DNA of 64,000 bases from Macrostomum lignano (lineage: Eukaryota), in assembly GCA_002269645.1 (NCBI GenBank), contig NIVC01001205.1, forward strand, positions 124,001 to 188,000, read 5' to 3'. The notes under the pieces were generated by a model. It saw only the letters and a program-made list of their open reading frames with translations. It did no database searches and was not told the DNA's origin. A program made the position numbers and the translations under genes. Positions 1 through 15,512 of the stretch are shown here, piece after piece. The stretch's first letter is position 1; each line of letters begins with the position of its first letter.

Positions 1-680
1 TCTGCATCGAAGGTGCCAGGTGGCGATAGTGCTATGGCTTGCGACGCCATGTAAGAGTTTAATGCATGATTTGGCAGTTGCACGAAGAAGTACGAAAGCC
101 ACAGTGGGCGAGACGATGTTATTTATTTAATATTTAGTCGGCTACTGCATTGCGTGGGGTGGTGGTCGTAAATGTACACTTTGCTTACTACGAGTACAGA
201 TAAGGGGGCGAGAGTTAAGAGAGAAAGCCGGCTGACGTACGGACCCGGAAAAATGGGGTGGGCGCTCTATAGCAAATCAATGGCTCACAAGAAAGTTTAT
301 GCTGCTCTTCATGAGTGTGAAAAACGATAAGTCGCAGACAACGTTGAGAGGGGTTGGCTGTGGTAGTTCAATTAGCGTCGTGAGATCACGTCACAAGATT
401 CAGAGCCCACCCACCCCAGCGGATTTAGTCTGGAAACGAAGAGATTGCAGACATGTGAGGGAGGGGTATCTGCATTCTGATTGGCTGTTTAGTGGTGTGG
501 GTTGACTGCTGGTGATTGAGGTGGGGGCTTGACTATTTAAATCGAAATGTACTGCAAATTGTGATTTTAACCTGCCATTTCTACTGAAGTATTTTGCACT
601 GCAACATTTCTAGAAGCTATTTCTATTTTTATTTTCTAAGTTTTGTTTATACTTTGTTAAAACTGAACAACTTAGCAACA

Positions 681-1827
681 ATGGCGTCTACAATCACCAA
701 GAAGATTAAGGCTAAAATCTCTGGCCTGAAACTGGGCTACATGAATACAGCGGTTACTGGCCTTGTAACCGAGTCGAAGGAGATCAGGTCCTACATGAAG
801 AACGATGTTCGAGGCGAAGTTTTTTCATTCGTATTGGTGGACGACTCGGCTGAGATGAGAGTCAGCGTTTTCGGCAAGGACCTGCGGTCTATTTGGGAAG
901 TTTGCAATACTTCCGATGCTGTTCGCATAGCCGGCGGTATGGTAAAGACTTCGGATCCGAGATACAACAGCACGAATAATCCTATGGAGGTGTCTCTTTC
1001 AGTCGAAGCAATGAAGTTCCGGCTGTTAGTGAACGGGCGTGTAACTATACGGGAATAAGCGACCTTCAAAACGTACGCCTGCAAGAGTGAGTTGCATTGT
1101 ATCTATCTACCTGTATGTATTGTATGGACAGACAGTATACAATATTATTATATGTACAATAGACATAATAGTATAGAAAATGTGAATTGTATAGGCAATT
1201 ATATAGCACTGTAGTGTATGTTCGGCTTTTATAAATTATTTTGTAAAATAATAGCAATCCATTCTATGTCTTCATCCCTTGATGTTGGCTAGACTAGCAG
1301 TCCATTATATTCATTCGTCTATTGATGTAGGTAGGATTCAAATGAACTTCAAAAAGCGTTTTGAGGTTTTAAAAGACTTTTAAAACTGTCTTCTCTTCAT
1401 TGCCTTATATTAGAAATGTCGATGTCCTTGGACATTTTTGGACATTAATCGACACACTGCAGCCGCCCGAGGAAGTCATGACGAAGGCTGGGAAGCGGAT
1501 AAACGTAGCCAAAGTGATTATTGTTGACCAGTCCTGTCGTTCTGTCTCCTGCACGTTTTAGGGGTCGTCCTCCGATCAAGCTGTCAATTGGAGTGTCGGC
1601 GACATTTTGTCGATACGACGAGCAAATTACAGGAGTACGCCGGCGCTGTTGTACTTGGATGTACTTGCTCTGAAGTTCGGCGCAACTCGGACGACACCGA
1701 GGTTACGACTTTGACTGACTGGTACACGAATGCTAAGCAGAGCGATACTGAGTTTCAACCGCTGGGTGCTCCGTGTCCATCAGGCGCGGTTGGCGGCTCT
1801 TCTGACCAAAGGGGAACAACAGGCTAG
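681..1827 (+). pseudogene. Decayed RPA70 (RPA1)-like ssDNA-binding gene, OB folds DBD-A and DBD-B, with one intron
   Basis: ATG 681. TAVTGLVTESKEIRSY...FSFVLVDDSAEMRVSVFG...MVKTSDPRYNSTNNPMEVSL resembles RPA1 DBD-A. After a frameshift near 1005, CNYTGISDLQNVRLQE splices via GTGAGT (1087) to TTAG (1413), restoring frame into NVDVLG...IIVDQSCRSVSCTF*G (TAG 1559-1561 in place of W of TLWG). A second frameshift near 1615 leads into KLQEYAG...TDWY, resembling DBD-B. Confidence 0.8.
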
Positions 1828-2454
1828 TTGTTATGCAACTACCGGTTTCGCACGAATCCTTCCGGGATGTAGACGAAATTGTCTTGGACTTTAGAGAAGG
1901 AATAAATGTGCGCGTGTTCATTGTACATGTAACTTATTTAATGTTTAGTATCTTTCTGTAGTACAGATCTATGCACTCTAACTTACTACAGTATTGTATA
2001 GTACTCGGTCAAGAATGTATAAAATTCTGTTTTAAGCAAACTTGTATATTTTTGTTCATTTATTTTACCTTTCTAAGAAGCTATACAGACTGGTGCCGTC
2101 TGGTGAGAGCCAACTCGAGTCAACACGAATCGACTGGAGTACGCAGGCTGATGAAAGAAGCAGAATGTCATGCGAAGATTTCTCTGGCAGTTCAAGAAAT
2201 CAGTGAGTTATTGAAGCACATGTGTTTAAAAGCCATCAGAAGTAAATTTAAGCATGGAAAAAGAATTGCTACCTTGGCCCTACATGCTAAAATTCCTGCT
2301 GCATTGGCATTGGCATGAATATGCCAATTGGGTGCGTAAGTCAAATTTGGAGACTAAAATTTAGGATATGGGCTATTTAAGATATAGATGGACTGATAAC
2401 TTGATTGCAGTTTTGGTACCCTAATAGCAAGCATCTAATTCTCCCTTCCCTTCT

Positions 2455-3222
2455 AGGAGTGTCTTCGACTTCTACTTTGTATTCTAAGAATGTCTTCTAC
2501 TTTCTATTCTAAGAATCTCTTCTACTTTGTATTCTAAGAATCTCTTATACTTTTTATTTTAAGAATGTCTTCTACTTTGCATTCTAAAAATGTCTTCCAC
2601 TTTGTATTCTAAGCATCTCTTCTGCTTTGTATTCTTAGAATGAATTCTACTTTGTATTCTAAGAATCTCTTCTACTTTGTATTCTAAGAAGCTCTTCTAC
2701 TTTGTATTCTAAGCATCTCTTCTGCTTTGTATTCTTAGAATGAATTCTACTTTGTATTCTAAGAATCTCTTCTACTTTATATTCTAAGAAGCTCTTCTAC
2801 TTTGTATTCTAAGAAGCTCTTCTACTTTGTATTCTAAGAAGCTCTTCTACTTTGTATTCTAAGAATCTCTTCTACTTTGTATTCTAAGAATCTCTTCTAC
2901 TTTTTATTTTAAGAATGTCTTCTACTTTGCATTCTAAAAATGTCTTCCACTTTGTATTCCAAGAATCTCTTCTGCTTTGTATTCTTAGAATGAATTCTAC
3001 TTTGTATTCTAAGAGTGTTTTCTACTTTGTATTCTAAGAAGCTCTTCTACTTTTTATTTTAAGAATGTCTTCTACTTTGCATTCTAAAAATGTCTTCCAC
3101 TTTGTATTCCAAGAATCTCTTCTGCTTTGTATTCTTAGAATGAATTCTACTTTGTATTCTAAGAATGTTTTCTACTTTGTATTCTAAGAATGTCTTTTAC
3201 TTTGTATTCTAAGAATCTCTTC
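2455..3222. repeat. 25-bp minisatellite (TTCTACTTTGTATTCTAAGAATCTC-type), about 30 copies, with higher-order blocks
   Basis: Period 25 read directly. A variant block recurs at 2531, 2881 and 3031 (offsets 350 and 150). Confidence 0.95.
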
Positions 3223-3861
3223 TGATACTGATACTGATCCTGATCGACTGAGAAATTGATTATGTCATAAACGCCTCGTGTGATTGGTATGCTACTACTT
3301 AAATGAAACTTTTTAAATTCATCATTAATTAAAAACAATGAGAGCTAGCCTAGAGGTGAACAGACAGGTGAACAGGTGACCAGTTCGAGTTTTCTGAGAG
3401 AAGAGTTTTTTATTAATTAAAGCTTTTTTCATTGTAAAATTGTATCAGCTTGCGCGCAGCGAGAGACTTTGCCGTTAATTTTTGTGATTGTGATTTCAGA
3501 GCTCTGTGCACCCCATTGGCAGCTAGATAATTACTCGTACTGCCAATATTATTGCACAGACCTGAGACTAATTAAATGTTGAAATTTGGGCTTGACTGTG
3601 CTGACCTTGACTCCTACCCCAAACCCTTACCCCCTCAATTTTGAGGCAGGCCAGTGTACATTTCTAGCCCTCTGCTTCCGAATGTACATACATGGACTGG
3701 AGAGCCCACACTGACTCTGTTGTATATGTCTTATCGATTTTTTAGTTTTTACAACAATAGCCTAGCCCAAGGACCTGATAAATAACTTGCTATTAAGTTT
3801 GGTTAGGCACTTACAAGCTCTGATTCTTCAGACATTCAACTCAATCTGCTAAAAACTCTCC

Positions 3862-4127
3862 TGTGGCGGACAAGTGCAAGCACACCTGAAGACGGCCGTT
3901 TAGATGCCCTCGCGCTCCCTGCTCATCACGCCGCGTCTATGCGCCACCAACCCCGGAGATTAGGGGTGGGGGTTCGCCCACCCAGCCTGAGCTACGTGGG
4001 GTTGGGGTTGACTGACTAACTAGCGCGTTGGCCTATTTAACCTGATTGTGCGCAGACGCTTGTAAGAACATTTTGCTCTCCGCAAATACAATTTCAAGTC
4101 TGCACGCAGTAGCTACTGCCCGCTTCA
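3862..4127 (+). repeat. 5' LTR of CsRn1-like element
   Basis: TG...CA ends with imperfect inverted repeat (TGtgGCGG/CCGCttCA), TATA-like CTATTTAA near 4033, and PBS starting 2 nt downstream. No second LTR is present to confirm the left boundary. Confidence 0.65.
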
Positions 4128-4163
4128 TTGGTGAGCCCGACAACCCGCCATTTCGTCTAACAC

Positions 4164-4868
4164 ATGGCGCCACCCACTGAGTCAACTGTTGCACTCAAGC
4201 TGCCCACGTTTTGGGCCATGCAGCCACGCGCGTGTTTCATCCAGGCAGAGGCCCAGTTCCAGCTGCGCGGCATCACCCAGGACGACACCAAGTATCACCA
4301 CTTGGTCGCCTCGCTAGATTAACAAACCGCCGAGCGCCTGCTGGACGTTCTGGAAAGCCCTCCGAGCGAGGACAAATACGGCAAACTGAAAGGGCGCCTG
4401 CTCGGCACTTTCAGTCTCACCCGGCAGCAGCGAGCTAGCCGTTTGCTCAGCATGTCCGGCCTGGGAGATCGCCGGCCGTCCGAGATGATGGACGAGATGC
4501 TGGCCCTGCTTGGTGATCACCGGCCTTGCCTGCTCTTTGAGGAGCTGTTCCGCCAGCAGCTGCCCGTGGACATCCGGATGGCGCTCGCATCCGCCGACTT
4601 CGAAGACCCCCGGGCAGTCGCGCAGCTCGCCGACCAGCTCTGGGCCAGCCGGCCCCAGCCAGTGGCCGCTTCCGACCAGTTGGCAGGTCCGCCGGAGGTT
4701 TGCGCTGCGCGTCAGGCTGCGCGTCCCCGCACCACGTCGCCCCGGCCTGGGCACCGCGGCACCCGCGCCCAGGAGCTGTGCTACTTCCACCGCAAGTTCG
4801 GCGCGAAGGCTAGGCAATGCGAGCAGCCCTGCAGCTTTCCGGGAAACGGGCCGGCCGGCCGCCAGTGA
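4164..4868 (+). pseudogene. gag: gag of CsRn1-like element with one premature stop
   Basis: MAPPTESTVALKLPTFW...QAEAQFQLRGITQDDTKY, in-frame TAA at 4320-4322, continuing in frame to the CHCC knuckle CYFHRKFGAKARQCEQPC characteristic of this clade. Confidence 0.9.
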
Positions 4869-6604
4869 CCATCGCGGCGGCCGGCAACCTGCTGCTCATC
4901 CCCGACGTCCCATCCGGCCGGCGGTTCCTGCCATTCCTGGTGGACACAGGCGCCGAGGTAAGCATTTTCCCAGCCTCTGCAGATGATGCCCGCGCCCGTT
5001 CAACTGGCCCGCCGCTGTTCGCGAACGGCACCCGCATCCGAACCTTCGGCGGCCGCAGCATCACACTGGACGTCGGCCTGAAGACCTGCACCTGGCCATT
5101 CGTGTTGGCCGAGGTCTCCCGGCCGTTGATCGGCGCCGACTTCCTGCGCCACCACGGCCTGCTGGTGGACCTGCCCAACCGCCGCCTTCTGGACGCCGCC
5201 TCCCTGGCCAGTGTGCAATTGCTGGCTGGCTCCGGTTCTGCGCCTCAGCTCGCCGCCGCGGTTGCCAGGGACCCGTACAGCCGGCTGCTGGCGGAGTTCC
5301 CCAGCATCACGGAGCCCAGCTTCAGCAAAGCCACGCCGCGGCACGGCGTGGAGCAGTACATCCCGACGACGGGCCCGCCGGTGCACGCTAGAGCGCGCCG
5401 CCTGCCGCCCGACAAGCTGGCCGCGGCCAAGGAAGAGTTTCGCAACCTGGAGCAGCTCGGCATTGTGCGGCGGTCCAGCAGCCCCTGGTCCTCGCCGCTG
5501 CACATGGTGCCCAAGACTTCCGGCGATTGGCGGCCCTGCGGCGATTTCCGGCGGCTCAATGACGCGCGGTGCCCGACCGCTACCCGTGCCGCATATCCAG
5601 GATTTCTCAGCGCGCCTGAGCGGCTGCACAGTGTTCTCGAAGATCGACCTGGTGCGGGGCTACCACCAGATCCCGGTCGCGCAAACGGACATCCCGAAGA
5701 CCGCCGTCATTACACCGTTTGGGTTGTTTGAGTTCCTCCGCATGCCGTTCGGGTTGAAAAATGCGGCACAGGCCTTCCAGTGGTTAGTAGATTCGATCTG
5801 CCAGGACCTGCCGGCCGTCTTCGCGTACATCGACGATTTCCTGGTCGCCAGCAGCAGCCCCGAGCAACACGAGGAGCACCTGCGGAAGCTGTTCCAGCAC
5901 CTTGCCGACAACGGCCTGTTGCTCAACCCAGCCAAGTGCCAGTTTGGCCGCAGCGAGATCGATTTCCTCGGCCACAGGATCAGCGCTGCAAGCGCCATGC
6001 CGTTGCCGGACAAGGTCGACGCAGTCGCCAGGTTCGCGCCGCCCACGACGGTGAAGGGTCTCCAGGAGTTTGCCGGCATGGTGAACTTCTATCACCGCTT
6101 CGTGCCCGCGCAGCCCGGTTGCTGCGCCCGATCTACCAGGCCATGGCCGGCAAGGAGAAGCTGGTGCGGTGGACGCCGGAGCTGACCGAGGCCTTCGACA
6201 AGACCAAGCAGGCGCTGGCCGACGCGACCATGCTGGCGCACCCCAGGCCCGACGCGCCGCTGGCCCTCACCGTAGATGCTTCTGACACCGCCGTGGGCGC
6301 CGTCCTCGAGCAGCGTGTCGGCCCCGCCTGGCAGCCGCTCGCATTGTTCAGCCGGCAGTTGCGACCTGCGGAGGTTAAGTACAGTGCCTTCGACCGCGAG
6401 CTCCTGGCACTGTACCTAGCGGTCCGCCACTTCCGTTACCTCCTTGAGGGGCGCCACTTCACAGCCTACACGGATCACAAGCCGTTGGCCGCCGCCATGG
6501 CCAAGCTGTCCGACCCGTGGTCCGCTCGCAGCAGCGCCACCTGGCGTACGTGAGCGAATTCACCACGGACGTCCAGCACATCGCCGGTAAAAACAATCCT
6601 GTCC
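4847..6604 (+). pseudogene. pol: pol (protease-RT-RNase H) of CsRn1-like element, frameshifted and truncated
   Basis: FLVDTGAEVS (protease); PWSSPLHMVPK, FSKIDL, PFGLKNA, YIDD (RT); DASDTAVGAVL, YSAFDRELLA, YTDHKPL (RNase H). Frameshifts near 5570, 6110 and 6535. Confidence 0.92.
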
Positions 6605-7358
6605 TATACAATACTGGCCTGTCATTGACGGCCCATTTGATTTGAATAGTTGATGGAAAATTGGCCGACAAAACATGACTATTCTTTGGAAAATTGACCG
6701 ACATAACATGACTATTACATTGATTATTCCTATCAGAGTCTAGGTTAATCCTATCGCTATTTCTATTTTCAGGTCGCCTCAACGGTTCGACTGTAGGAGG
6801 GGATGGAGCGTCGCAAGAATCATACGGCAGTGACTCAAGCTCAACTCCATAACTTCAGGTTCCTGGATGCGGACTTCGGTTGGACGCGCGCCTGGCTGAA
6901 CAGCTGATCGGAGTCGCCAGCGATAGGCGGGTCTCGTGTCCAGGTCATCTTCTTCTTCGTCAGAGTCTTCAGAGATGGCGGGAGTGTCGCAGCTCCCCGG
7001 CGTCAGCCTGTCGAACTCGGCGATGATTCTTCGGGTCCCTGGTCCTTCGAGATCTGCAATTGGATAGTCTGAAGTGGGCACAAGGAGGAGGTTCCGGCGA
7101 TGAACTACCATCTCGTCCGGTCGTTCTCGAGGGTGTCTAACCTTACTTACTTACTTACTACTGACGGGGGGCGCAGGCGCCGCGAATAGGCCGCGAGGCC
7201 CCTATCACAACCCCAAGGTAAAAGAGCACAAGGATTAACCCTGGGGGTGCCCCAGTCCCCGCCAGTAGTCGGCAGGTTCGCAGTGGAGGCATCAGCGACC
7301 CTCATCCGGCCGGAGTCCCGGACGAAGGCGCGCAGGTCACGGATATTGTCCGGGGTGG

Positions 7359-11818
<4,460 letters not shown>

Positions 11819-13704
11819 GTTGGAGGGTTGGGGGATTGACGGACCCCCGGCCGCGGGAATTGACGGCTCCCGAGCCGTGTTTGTTATGGACTTGTCAATG
11901 TAGAGTAGGCTGAAAAGGAAAAATTGAAATGTAGAAAAATGGGGGGGTAACCGCTCGGGGACTGGATATACACCCAGCCAGCTCCGTGGAGCTACCCTCT
12001 GCCACGATAAACAGCAGAGAAGCTTTGGGTTGCCGTCTTATCCCAGGATTGCTCCCAGGCGAAGCTCCGGCGGGCCCCCGGTCCACACTCTGCAAGATCA
12101 GGGGGCGGGAGGCCGGCTGCGGGCTTGGGACACAGTCGCCAGGTCTGGTTGACAGCCGACGCCCGAGCCCTCCCCCACAGTAGCGGCCCTCGAGAACCCG
12201 TGTGGTACCAGTTGCAACTATGGGCTGTCGATGGGTAGTTGGCGCTTAGCCAGCAGCCAACTACTTAGCAGCCACCTGCCCTGCAAAAAAGTAGCAGGGG
12301 GGATCCGTCCTCCACCAGCAGACCAAGACGAGGAAGCTAGCCGCTTCCGCACCAGGCCAAAGCGAAAAAGGAGGGGGAAAAGCCTCCACGAAAAACGAAA
12401 AGCTGGCGGATGTCACAGAGTCCCTCGGTTTAAGTTGCCTTCTGCCCCCCGGTGTCGAACCTTCCGTCGAATCTTGTAGACGACTTCTCCTTTGCTTTCC
12501 ACCACTTCATATACGATCTTCTTGGCCTGTGAAATTTGGGTGCTTCGTCTTCGTGTAGGACCGGATTGTTCAAGAAGACGAGATCTCCCGGCTGTAGCTT
12601 CTTAGCTGCTGGTCGGTTCTCGTAGTGTTCGTCTCGCGCTTGCTGATGCAGGCCTAGCCGTTCCTTGGCGAGGTCCGTGGCGTGCTTGAGGCGTTGCTGA
12701 AACTCTGCGACGTAATCAGGCAGGTTGGCATACTCCGGGAGTAGCTTCAATGAGTTGTCGAGAGGCATCCGGTATTCTCGGCCGTAGACTAAGAAGTAAG
12801 GCGTATAGCCTGTGACTGGATGAACGCTGGATCGAAGAGCAATCATGCACGCTGGCAGAAATGTGTCCCAATCGCGATGATCGTGCTCGAGGAGACATGT
12901 CAGAATGCTCTTGATCTACTTGTTCAAATTTTCCACGAGTCCATTGGATGCTGGATTGTACGGCGTCGTTGTCGTGTGCCTGATCGCGTAGAGATCACAG
13001 ATCTTCTTGAAGGTGTTTCCTGTAAAGTTCGTGCCCTGGTTTGTGTGTATCCAGGCTGGAACTCCGTATTCTGAAATGAATCGGTCCTGTAGTACTCGGA
13101 TATCGGTTTTAGCTTTCTGACTAGCTAAAGTTTTGCCCCCCTTCGGGGAGCAGAAATAATTAATATTCGTCTAATATAATATACCTTTTAGCAGGAGTAC
13201 TTTAAGTGTTTTTCTTAAGCTTAAGCTTAAAATAGGAATTTTTGGAGATCGTTAATAACGCATTTTAGGTAAAACAAAACTATCAACTTTTTACAGTTTT
13301 TAGTTTAGAGCCCTGTATATGTCAACGTGTTTGATAAAAATTATTTTTATCATTTTTGATAAAAAATGGCCTTCGGGGTGGCCAATAAGCAAGGGACGAA
13401 TCCTTTTAAATGAAAAAAAATTCTTAGGGAGGGGGGCTAGGAATCGAATTCTCATTTTAATTCCAGGCTTATGTACCAATAAAACATGTTTGTGCAGAAT
13501 TTTATAACAGACATTGAAATTCAACCATACTTGCCTTCTTTCAGAGCTACTTCTACCAGTATGCTTCAGTACGCTACCAGTACCCTTGTAAGCCTTGACA
13601 TGTCAGCAATCCCCCCCCCCACAAGCCTTAACATATCAACTCCCCCCTTGACATCTCAGCAATGCTCCCACAAGCCTTGAAATCTTAAAAAATCTGTCTA
13701 TTTT

Positions 13705-13738
13705 CTAACCCTAACCCTAACCCTAACCCTAACCCTAA
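13705..13738. repeat. Interstitial telomere-type (CCCTAA)5 inside the Helitron
   Basis: CTAA followed by five perfect CCCTAA. A degenerate copy lies at about 14121-14170. Confidence 0.85.
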
Positions 13739-14699
13739 GCATTAAAATTTCAGTAATTCTCTCTAAGAGTCTATAGCACTACTACAGCATTATAGCGATT
13801 CCCTGCAAGCCTCGACATCGTAGGGATTCCCAAATGAATCTCTTAACTTTGACATGAAGCTTCTTTTTTTTTTACATTACGCTTTTTCTATCAGCGATCC
13901 CTCCCGTGAGGAGCCAACAAATAATGTAATAACTTTTTTCCAATAAACTACATGTAGCTTCTGACATTAGCCTTGACATCTCATTTATTCCCCCGTGAGC
14001 CTTGACATCTCAGCTATAGATAGATAGATAGATTCCCCTCGTAAGCCTTGACATGTCAGCGATGCCCCCATAAACCTTGAAATCTAAAAAATCCCCTGTT
14101 AACCTTGAAACGCGCTAAAATCTAACCCTCAACCCAAACCTGACGTAAACCTAACTTTCACCCAACCTAAAGCCTTGAAATCACAGCAATTCTTCTTCCC
14201 TAAGCCTTGGCATTTAAGTGATTCCTTCTTTAAGAATCACAGCACTATAACGATTCCCTCCAAGCTTTGACATCGTAGCAATTCCCAAATGAATCTTTTA
14301 ACTTTGACATGACTTTTATTTTATGTATACATAGTGCTCCTTTTATTTTTACATGACTCTTCTTCTATCAGCGCCCCCCCCCACCGTGGCAAGCCAACAA
14401 AGAATGCAATAAAAAACTTAAGTAAAGTACATGTACTTTGAAGTAGCTTCTGACTTTTGCTTTAACATCTCAGAAACCCCCCTGTAATCTCAGTTACATG
14501 TATTCTCTGTGAGCCTTGACGTCTCAGTAATTCTCCCCAGCACAGCACTGTACTATAGCTTCATTTAATTTTTATATGACATTTCTTTCATGTCTGACAT
14601 GACGCTTCTTTTGATTTTTACGTTACGCTTCTTTTATTCTTCCATGATGCTTCTTAATTTTTTAAATGACACACTTTCATTAGTTTTTATATGAGGCTT

Positions 14700-15245
14700 C
14701 TATAATTTTTTCATGACGCTTCTATGCTTGTTTACATGACGCTTGTATGATTTTTACATGACGCTTCTATGATTGTTTACATGACGCTTGTATGATTGTT
14801 TACATGACGCTTGTATGATTTTTTACATGACGCTTTTATGATTTTTACATGACGCTTCTATGATTTTTTACATGACGCTTCTATGATTTTTACATGACGC
14901 TTCTATGATTTTTACATGACGCTTCTATGATTTTTACATGACGCTTCTATGATTTTTACATGACGCTTCTATGATTGTTTACATGACGCTTCTATGATTG
15001 TATACATGACGCTTCTATGATTGTTTACATGACGCTTCTATGATTGTATACATGACGCTTCTATGATTGTTTACATGACGCTTTTATGATTGTTTACATG
15101 ACGCTTCTATGATTGTATACATGACGCTTCTATGATTGTTTACATGACGCTTTTATGATTGTTTACATGACGCTTCTATGATTTTTACATGACGCTTCTA
15201 TGATTTTTACATGACGCTTCTATGATTGTTTACATGACGTTTACA
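14700..15245. repeat. 22/23-bp minisatellite (CATGACGCTTCTATGATTTTTA) inside the Helitron
   Basis: About 24 copies read directly, with degenerate copies from about 14570. A 46-bp repeat of about 2.5 copies follows at 15250-15380. Confidence 0.95.
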
Positions 15246-15449
15246 TGATAGCAATAATCCTTGGCTTATCGAGTGCAGTAATCCTTGGTTTGCCAAGAGC
15301 AATAATCCTTGGCTTATCGAGTGCAGTATTCCTTGGTTTGCCAAGAGCAATAATCCTTAGCTTATCGAGTGCAGTAATCTAAGTGTTTTTATTTAGTCCT
15401 TTAATAAAAGCTTTTAATAAAAAATTTTACACTACTACTTTTAAACTAC

Positions 15450-15512
15450 TTAGATTCGAACCCAGGTCGCTGCATTAGCAGTCTGGTCTGCTCAGCTCTA
15501 GGCTAGCTCTCA
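15450..15512 (-). other. tRNA-derived (Ser-like) SINE-head fragment inside the Helitron
   Basis: TAGCCTAGAGC (A-box-like), GACTGCTAAT (matches the tRNA-Ser GCT anticodon loop) and GGGTTCGAATC (B box). There is no acceptor stem, so this is not a tRNA gene. Confidence 0.45.

Larger units (their letters stand above)
3862..6604 (+). mobile_element. Ty3/Gypsy LTR retrotransposon, CsRn1/Kabuki-like clade, 3'-truncated (no integrase, no 3' LTR)
   Basis: 5' LTR TGTGGCGG...CCGCTTCA (3862-4127), then PBS TGGTGAGCCCG (4129), gag, protease, RT and RNase H. The sequence breaks off at QHIAGKNNPV near 6604. Confidence 0.9.

Noticed and set aside
12000-12450. Complete HDV-like ribozyme using the 5' GGGGGGC as P1
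   Set aside because: GCCCCCT could pair as P1, but no P3/L3 helix precedes it and no GG follows. Kept only as a low-interest hypothesis.
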